Source: Patescibacteria group bacterium
Lineage (GTDB): Bacteria; Patescibacteriota; Minisyncoccia; Phycocordibacterales; Phycocordibacteraceae
Direction: 5' to 3'
Length of the DNA: 64,000 bases
Assembly (NCBI GenBank): GCA_038064495.1
Contig: JBBTSZ010000002.1
Coordinates: forward strand, 16,717-80,716
Positions within the stretch are counted from its first letter, which is position 1; each line of letters opens with the position of its first letter. Below the pieces are notes generated by a model that saw nothing but the letters and a program-made list of their open reading frames with translations, did not search any database and was not told the origin of the DNA. A program made the translations under genes and the position numbers. This document shows positions 56,276 to 64,000 of the stretch, piece by piece.

Positions 56276-56746
56276 ATGCGACATCCCGTAAAAAATAAAT
56301 ATCCTCGCCGCCCTGACTCTAAATACCAGTCAGATGCTATTTCTCGTTTCATCAACACGGTTATGTGGGATGGAAAGAAAGACACGGCAACCAAGGTGGT
56401 TTACGACGCACTCGAACTTTTGAAAAAAGGTGAGACTGAGCAGGACCCAATTGAACTCTTTGAGACCGCTATTCGTAACGTATCTCCACTTATGGAAGTG
56501 CGTTCTCGTCGTGTGGGTGGAGCTAACTATCAGGTGCCTCGTGAAGTCCCACAACAGCGCCGTACCTCGCTCGCGTACCGTTGGCTCATCAACGCAGCTC
56601 GCGCAAAGAAGGGGAAGCCTATGGCTGAGAAGCTTGCTGAGGAGATTCTCCTTGCAGTAAAGAACGAAGGTTCTGCTATCAAAAAGAAGGACGACATGCA
56701 CCGCATGGCTGATGCCAATAAGGCATTTGCGCACTTCGCCTGGTAA
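56276..56746 (+). CDS. rpsG: 30S ribosomal protein S7
   Basis: Global S7 similarity. Confidence 0.9.
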   Translation: MRHPVKNKYPRRPDSKYQSDAISRFINTVMWDGKKDTATKVVYDALELLKKGETEQDPIELFETAIRNVSPLMEVRSRRVGGANYQVPREVPQQRRTSLAYRWLINAARAKKGKPMAEKLAEEILLAVKNEGSAIKKKDDMHRMADANKAFAHFAW

Positions 56747-56768
56747 TCAAAGCTCGCCCTTACAAGGT

Positions 56769-56800
56769 AAAAGGCGCCACAGGGCGCCTTTTACATTTTC
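56769..56800 (+). terminator. intrinsic terminator after rpsG
   Basis: AAAAGGCGCCACAGGGCGCCTTTTACATTTTC. Confidence 0.65.
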
Positions 56801-56868
56801 TGAATTATGTGTTAATATAATTACGGAAGAGCATCCTGCTCGAACGAATCATTGAAAGGGAGAATAGA

Positions 56869-57732
56869 ATGTTACCTAGAAATCGTCGCCTAGCACTGGC
56901 TGAACCAAAGGTTAAGCCAACCGTGCTCCATTGCGGAGTTAGTGCAACAACTCTGTACGACATGAATGATGAACCAGACTCTGAGCTCCTTCTTGGAGAG
57001 GAGTTCCATGTTGTGAGTATCGAAGGTGACAAATGTTGGGGATTTGCTCCGACAACACTCATGCCGGGATATGTGATGGTTGCATCTTTGACCGACACTC
57101 ACGTGGTGCATTCGCACCGCATCATCACGCCGTCAGCCATTGTTCGAGAACAACCACTGGCGAGAAGCAAGGAACTCGATTTGCTCGGTATGAATTCGCT
57201 CATCACGGTCATTAACCACAAGGGAGACTTCCGCCAGATGATAGGTGGCGGTTGGGTTCGGGTGGCAGATACCCGTGAAGTCATGCGTGGCAAATACGAC
57301 TGGGTTGCTCTTGCTGAGCAGCTTGTTGGGCTGGCCTATAAATGGGCCGGCCGGAATACGTCGCGCGCGAAAGAGGGTGGCATCGACTGTTCTGGACTCG
57401 TGAACATTGTTCGGCTTGCTGCGCATCGGGACCCGGTACCGCACAATGCTGGCCGTATGTTCACCGAACTCCTCGAGAAGAAACAAGCACAACTTGTTCT
57501 ACCTGAAGGAGAAGCCTACATGCCGAGCATTCATGTCATCCAACGCGGTGACTTGGTGTTCTGGAAAGGGCATGTGGGAATCATGACGTCCGAATACGAC
57601 ATGATTCATGCGACCGTTGACTTCGGCAAGGTGGTGGCTGAACCGCTCAGGGAAGTCATCGGCCGTCGTCGTGAAAAGGGCAAGGGCGATGTCACCGGCA
57701 TTCTCCGCTTCAAACGAAACAATGTTCTCTAA
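56869..57732 (+). CDS. NlpC/P60 (C40) family cysteine peptidase with N-terminal SH3-like region
   Basis: Catalytic Cys motif GIDCSGLV, downstream His (GHVGIM). Confidence 0.8.
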   Translation: MLPRNRRLALAEPKVKPTVLHCGVSATTLYDMNDEPDSELLLGEEFHVVSIEGDKCWGFAPTTLMPGYVMVASLTDTHVVHSHRIITPSAIVREQPLARSKELDLLGMNSLITVINHKGDFRQMIGGGWVRVADTREVMRGKYDWVALAEQLVGLAYKWAGRNTSRAKEGGIDCSGLVNIVRLAAHRDPVPHNAGRMFTELLEKKQAQLVLPEGEAYMPSIHVIQRGDLVFWKGHVGIMTSEYDMIHATVDFGKVVAEPLREVIGRRREKGKGDVTGILRFKRNNVL

Positions 57733-57735
57733 CCT

Positions 57736-57774
57736 CGGGGCGCAGACAGAATGTCTGCGCCCTTTGCTTTTTCC
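57736..57774 (+). terminator. intrinsic terminator
   Basis: GGGGCGCAGACAGAATGTCTGCGCCCTTTGCTTTTT. Confidence 0.7.
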
Positions 57775-57863
57775 TGACTTTTTCCGTATCTTGTACCTAA
57801 CGCCTCGGCGGGCTTTTTAATTTACCAACGCCTCAAACAAGCATTTCGCTTACCAGTATCCTT

Positions 57864-60011
<2,148 letters not shown>

Positions 60012-60035
60012 AGATCCTCTCTACTCTAGTGAACA

Positions 60036-60060
60036 AAAGCGCCTAACGGCGCTTTTGTTG
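60036..60060 (+). terminator. intrinsic terminator after fusA
   Basis: AAAAGCGCCTAACGGCGCTTTTGTTG. Confidence 0.7.
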
Positions 60061-60134
60061 TAGGTGTAGAAGTCACCTGCTTGACGATAGCGAAAGAGAC
60101 TTGATAATAAGCGCATAGCTATAAGAAATCTCGC

Positions 60135-60404
60135 ATGTTTGAAACCCCTTTTAAGAAAAGTGTCCCTACAGAAGAGGCCCCAGCACCTTGGGAACCATCG
60201 AACACGGAACTCGCGGTGATGTGCCAGCTTACTGGTACGGACGTACACGCAACTCTCCCTGAGATTCGACAGGCTCTCCGGAAGTCTATTGAAATGGACA
60301 AGCAACACTGGGAGAATGCTGAGGGTAAGAGCGCTTTCGACGGACTCGCACGTACCTTTCCAGACAATGCCACCGTAATTGAATGGGCTAGCAGGGAAGA
60401 CTAA
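60135..60404 (+). CDS. small hypothetical protein (89 aa) inserted between fusA and tuf
   Basis: ORF flanked by terminators on both sides; no obvious SD. Confidence 0.4.
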   Translation: MFETPFKKSVPTEEAPAPWEPSNTELAVMCQLTGTDVHATLPEIRQALRKSIEMDKQHWENAEGKSAFDGLARTFPDNATVIEWASRED

Positions 60405-60423
60405 GAGATTCCTGACCGACGTT

Positions 60424-60451
60424 AAAAATAGCTACCGAAGGTAGCTATTTT
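60424..60451 (+). terminator. intrinsic terminator
   Basis: AAAATAGCTACCGAAGGTAGCTATTTTGCTTG. Confidence 0.7.
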
Positions 60452-60662
60452 GCTTGACCTTTCATTCTACGCCGTGTAACTTTACTTCTAACGCGAGTAC
60501 GGCGCTCTTTTCAATGTTTTTCGGCCATAGGGACGAACAACTGCTGGAAAGGCGCTGCGCGGGGAACGCTTAGCGCCTTGGTCGTCTAGCCTCAGCTTCA
60601 CAGCTGGAGCCGGACAGGCGCGGCAAAAGTTATTACTTTTAGCTACCAGTAATTTTACGCTT

Positions 60663-61862
60663 ATGGCAGATGCATTTGATCGCAGCAAGCCGCACATGAA
60701 CGTAGGAACCATCGGTCACGTGGACCATGGTAAGACCACGCTCACGGCTTCTATCCTCAATGTGCTCAATCTTAACTCCGCAGCAGGCTACAAGGCCCGC
60801 GCTGAGAAGGTTGAGAACATCGACAACGCTCCAGAAGAGAAAGCTCGTGGAATCACGATCGCTCTTCACCACTCTGAGTACGAGACACCGAATCGTCACT
60901 ACGCTCACATTGACGCTCCGGGTCACGCTGACTACATCAAGAACATGATTACGGGTGCTGCCCAGATGGATGGTGCAGTACTTGTAGTCGCCGCGACCGA
61001 CGGCGCAATGCCCCAGACGCGCGAGCACATCCTTCTTGCAAAGCAGGTGGGTGTACCTCGTCTCATTGTTTTCCTTAACAAAGTGGACATGGTTGATGAT
61101 AAGGACATGGTGGATCTCGTTGAAGAGGAAATCCGCGACCTTCTCGCCAAGCAGGGCTTCGATAAGGACACTCCTGTCGTGAAGGGTTCTGGTCTCAAGG
61201 CGCTTGAGGCTACTGACGCTTCTGACGAATGGGCTCTTAAGGTAAAGGAACTCGTCGACACGATGGATTCTTACTTCCCAGACCCAGTTCGTGAGACGGA
61301 CAAGCCGTTCCTTATGCCAATCGAGGACATCTTCTCAATTGAAGGACGCGGAACCGTCGTTACCGGCCGTATCGAACGAGGTATGGTCAAGGTAGGTGAA
61401 GAAGTTGAAATTGTCGGCCTTCAGCCAACAACCAAGACGACCATCACCGGTATTGAAATGTTCAACAAGCAGCTTCAGGAAGGACAGGCTGGCGACAACG
61501 CAGGTATCCTTCTTCGTGGAACGAAGAAGGAGGACGTGCATCGCGGTCAGGTGCTTGCGAAGACCGGTACGGTTACTCCGCACACTGACTTTGAAGCAGA
61601 GGTCTACATCCTTTCTAAGGATGAGGGTGGTCGTCACACACCATTCTTCTCTGGCTACAAGCCACAATTCTACATCCGAACAACGGACGTTACTGGAGAG
61701 GTAACGCTCGCTGAAGGAAAGGAAATGGTTATGCCAGGAGACACGGTTACCTTCAAGGTAAAGCTCACGGCACCTATCGCACTTGAGGACAATACCCGCT
61801 TCGCTATTCGCGAAGGAGGTAAGACCGTTGGTGCTGGTGTGGTGACGAAGATCACTGCGTAA
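60663..61862 (+). CDS. tuf: elongation factor Tu
   Basis: [19 protein letters not shown] motifs. Confidence 0.95.
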   Translation: MADAFDRSKPHMNVGTIGHVDHGKTTLTASILNVLNLNSAAGYKARAEKVENIDNAPEEKARGITIALHHSEYETPNRHYAHIDAPGHADYIKNMITGAAQMDGAVLVVAATDGAMPQTREHILLAKQVGVPRLIVFLNKVDMVDDKDMVDLVEEEIRDLLAKQGFDKDTPVVKGSGLKALEATDASDEWALKVKELVDTMDSYFPDPVRETDKPFLMPIEDIFSIEGRGTVVTGRIERGMVKVGEEVEIVGLQPTTKTTITGIEMFNKQLQEGQAGDNAGILLRGTKKEDVHRGQVLAKTGTVTPHTDFEAEVYILSKDEGGRHTPFFSGYKPQFYIRTTDVTGEVTLAEGKEMVMPGDTVTFKVKLTAPIALEDNTRFAIREGGKTVGAGVVTKITA

Positions 61863-61885
61863 AATAGCCTGCTACTATTACTCGT

Positions 61886-62248
61886 ATGGCTACCACCGCG
61901 AAGAAAACAACGAAGAAAGCAGCAGCCGCTGAGGCTGCGGCTGAGCCCAAGCTTCGCATCCGTGTCCGAGCCTATGAGCATAAAATCCTCGATCTTTCGG
62001 TGAAGCAGATTATGGATACTGCGAATCGCTTTGATGCGAAAATCGTAGGACCCGTACCGCTTCCAACTGAGATAAAGCGATGGACCGTGAATCGCTCAAC
62101 GTTCGTCCACAAAGACGCGCGCGAGCAGTTTGAGATGCGCATTCACAAGCGACTCATTGATATTCTTTCTCCAAACCCAAAGGTTATTGAGGCTCTTACG
62201 AATCTCAATCTACCGTCGGGCGTCACGATTGATGTGAAGATGGTGTAA
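61886..62248 (+). CDS. rpsJ: 30S ribosomal protein S10 (with Ala/Lys-rich N-terminal extension)
   Basis: LRIRVRAYEHKILD... core. Confidence 0.9.
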   Translation: MATTAKKTTKKAAAAEAAAEPKLRIRVRAYEHKILDLSVKQIMDTANRFDAKIVGPVPLPTEIKRWTVNRSTFVHKDAREQFEMRIHKRLIDILSPNPKVIEALTNLNLPSGVTIDVKMV

Positions 62249-62395
62249 GGAAGTGCTTCCAAAAGTTCTCCACTGACTTTGTTATCGTTCGGAAAATATC
62301 TTTCACCGTACCAGCACGTACGACTCAAGATATTTTCCTCCGACGCCTCGTCATTGAAGTTTTTTGAAAACACTTAGTAAAGAAGAAACAAAAGC

Positions 62396-62427
62396 AAAAC
62401 CGCCCGAAAGGGCGGTTTTGCTTTTGA
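62396..62427 (+). terminator. intrinsic terminator after rpsJ
   Basis: AAAACCGCCCGAAAGGGCGGTTTTGCTTTTG. Confidence 0.7.
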
Positions 62428-62488
62428 CTTTTGTAATACCTTGTTGTATAAAGCCGTTGTGCAGCCAGGTCTGCAGAAAGGGTTTGAG

Positions 62489-62938
62489 ATGTCTAATTTT
62501 TTGAAGTGGAGCACCAGCTTCACCATTCTGTACCTTATCGCTGTCGTGTTCGGATACCTCACCGGAGATCTCCTTCGTGGCATCGTTTTAGCTGTTCTCA
62601 CAATCATCGGGTTAGCACTCACTGGTGCACTTGCGTGGCCGGAATTACACATCGGCTTCGCAAGCTGTTGCGGGGTGCTCGTCGCCAGATCGGCAACAGC
62701 TGCATTGAATCCTGTGCTGTCGCCGACTTCTCTCGAGATCGGTATTGGGGTCGCGTGCGCAATTGTGGGAAGCGTTTGTGGTTTTGTGGCGCTCTACCTT
62801 GCCTCGTTCAATCCTGTGAAGGCTGAAGACGAGAAGGGCTGGGACTGCTTTGCCGCGTCCTTGCCGTTCGGTGTCGGCACCATCCTCGGCGGGGCAATCC
62901 TTCTCTATCGGCGCTGGTACAAGCCGGCTACGGTCTGA
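62489..62938 (+). CDS. hypothetical polytopic membrane protein (4 TM) inserted between rpsJ and rplC
   Basis: ORF (track start 62441; Met at 62489 precedes first TM). Confidence 0.5.
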   Translation: MSNFLKWSTSFTILYLIAVVFGYLTGDLLRGIVLAVLTIIGLALTGALAWPELHIGFASCCGVLVARSATAALNPVLSPTSLEIGIGVACAIVGSVCGFVALYLASFNPVKAEDEKGWDCFAASLPFGVGTILGGAILLYRRWYKPATV

Positions 62939-62955
62939 TCCAAGCAATCGAACTC

Positions 62956-62995
62956 AAACGGGCGCGGAGAAATCCGCGCCCGTTTTATTTTCCTC
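62956..62995 (+). terminator. intrinsic terminator
   Basis: AAACGGGCGCGGAGAAATCCGCGCCCGTTTTATTTT. Confidence 0.7.
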
Positions 62996-63023
62996 CGTCT
63001 AAAAGGCCGGCTTTACGTTATAT

Positions 63024-63051
63024 AAAAGGCGGGACTTGCGTCCCGCCTTCG
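63024..63051 (-). terminator. intrinsic terminator for the minus-strand small gene
   Basis: On minus strand AAGGCGGGACGCAAGTCCCGCCTTTTATAT. Confidence 0.6.
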
Positions 63052-63073
63052 TCTTTGCGACGACCGCGTGTCG

Positions 63074-63265
63074 TCAGAGTGTTTCGGTGCTGAGCCAGCA
63101 TTCGGAGCGAATGTCTGCCCAACCCTCGGATTGAATGTCACCACCCCATCCTTCGCGGATTCCGCCATGACCTTCGCTGATGCCGGCGCTTCCTCCATCT
63201 CCGATGAAAACACTACCACCGTCGGATCTTGTGGGACGCTTGGTCCCACCCCATCCTTCGCGCAT
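63074..63265 (-). CDS. Gly/Trp-rich repeat-containing small protein (63 aa; REGWGG x2, SEGHGG, SEGWAD)
   Basis: Strong SD GAAAGGAG 7 nt upstream of ATG (63263-63265, minus); own terminator; nucleotide-level repeats CCACCCCATCCTTCGCG. Confidence 0.5.
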   Translation of the reverse strand: MREGWGGTKRPTRSDGGSVFIGDGGSAGISEGHGGIREGWGGDIQSEGWADIRSECWLSTETL

Positions 63266-63416
63266 GATTTTCTCCTTTCTGACCGCACAATCGGGTCTGT
63301 TCGAAGCATAGCACCAGAATTTGCATTTGGGAGGCACCACCTGTATAGTCCCTAAGTCGCTATGTACGAGCTTTTGGCTCGGACCAATGGCCGGGAGAGC
63401 TCTCTGGAGCTCCTAA

Positions 63417-63450
63417 CCGCGCTGTTGTACAGCGCGATTTCTATTTTTAC
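63417..63450 (+). promoter_or_regulatory. hairpin + U-tract ending 3 nt before rplC start codon (attenuator/leader structure)
   Basis: CCGCGCTGTTGTACAGCGCGATTTCTATTTTTAC then TGC ATG. Confidence 0.4.
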
Positions 63451-63453
63451 TGC

Positions 63454-64000
63454 ATGAAATTTATCCTCGCCCGAAAAGGTCGCATGACTCAAGTCTTCGA
63501 AGAAGATGGTCGTGTTAATGCTGGAACCGTTCTTACGGTAGGCCAGAACATTGTCACGCAGGTGAAGAGTGCGACCACGGATGGCTACGGAGCGGTTCAG
63601 ATTGGCTACGAGGTTCAGAAACTCGCGCGCGTGAACAAGCCTCAGGCAACGAAGGCATTTAAAGTACTCAAGGAATTCCGTACGGATACCCCAGAAGCGT
63701 TTACTGTCGGCAGTGAACTCACGATTGATACCTTCGCTGAAGGCGAGACCATTCAGGTTGCCGGTACCTCAAAGGGTAAGGGCTTCCAGGGTGTCGTGAA
63801 GCGTCATGGTTTCAAGGGAGGTCGACGTTCTCACGGCCAGAAGCACTCAGAGCGTGAGGCTGGTTCTATCGGCGGTGGTCCTGGACGTGCTGGTGGTCGC
63901 GTGACCCTCGGCATGAAGATGGCTGGGCGTATGGGTGGCGACCGTGTTACGGTAACGAATCTCAGGGTGCTCCGCGTTGACCCGGCAAACAGCCAGATAA
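63454..64000 (+). CDS. rplC: 50S ribosomal protein L3 (3'-truncated by window edge)
   Basis: MKFILARKGRMTQVFEEDGRV...VAGTSKGKGFQGVVKRH... Confidence 0.9.
   Translation, partial: MKFILARKGRMTQVFEEDGRVNAGTVLTVGQNIVTQVKSATTDGYGAVQIGYEVQKLARVNKPQATKAFKVLKEFRTDTPEAFTVGSELTIDTFAEGETIQVAGTSKGKGFQGVVKRHGFKGGRRSHGQKHSEREAGSIGGGPGRAGGRVTLGMKMAGRMGGDRVTVTNLRVLRVDPANSQI

Noticed and set aside
60452-60662. tRNA gene in the ~210-nt tuf leader (tRNAs often precede tuf)
   Set aside because: No cloverleaf (no GTTCGA T-loop or acceptor pairing) found. Region left as an untranslated leader with a possible TTGACC -35.
63068-63355. Plus-strand 95-aa ORF overlapping the Gly/Trp-rich peptide gene
   Set aside because: No RBS, whereas the minus-strand frame has a strong SD and its own terminator. 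Kept as the less likely alternative.

Overview
The window reads as compact bacterial chromosome with moderate GC and short intergenic gaps. Many genes are tightly coupled or overlap by 4 nt, and there are many hairpin + U-tract terminators.

**Housekeeping genes.** rsmA/ksgA, pcrA/uvrD-type helicase, comM/yifB, rpsO, xerC/D-type recombinase, xth, cca, hup, rny, clpP, ppa, nusA, tpiA, pgk, recJ, rnhA, sodA, rpmB, and the str/S10 ribosomal-protein genes rpsL-rpsG-fusA-tuf-rpsJ-rplC. These are interleaved with accessory-looking blocks.

**RNA genes.** Four tRNAs: Arg-UCG, Gly-GCC, Pro-UGG and Gly-UCC. There are also two structured non-coding candidates.

**Accessory and unusual content:**
- An 11-gene minus-strand cluster (1..11889, continuing off the left edge) encodes a VirB4-type ATPase split in two at a G6 homopolymer, a PrgI/VirB3-like protein, a VirB6/TrbL-like polytopic protein, and several proline-rich, acidic or secreted proteins. 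It looks like a type IV secretion- or conjugation-like apparatus.
- A plus-strand type IV pilus locus: pilB, pilC and three prepilin-like genes, one of them 575 aa and Thr-rich with predicted carboxypeptidase-regulatory-like beta-sandwich domains.
- ComEC encoded as two separate genes, membrane channel and metallo-beta-lactamase domain.
- A family of ~90-115-nt intergenic repeats in four copies, three of them directly upstream of pilC, a pilin gene and rnhA.
- tRNA-Pro embedded in an extended inverted repeat.
- A 3-gene cassette of small secreted proteins bounded by 30-bp direct repeats, next to tRNA-Gly.
- Several terminator-bounded gene insertions inside the str/S10 ribosomal gene order. One is a Gly/Trp-rich 63-aa peptide gene with a strong RBS, transcribed antisense to the operon.

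Gene content (split ComEC, pili, T4SS-like cluster, many small secreted proteins) is compatible with a reduced-genome, possibly episymbiotic lineage. That is inference only.
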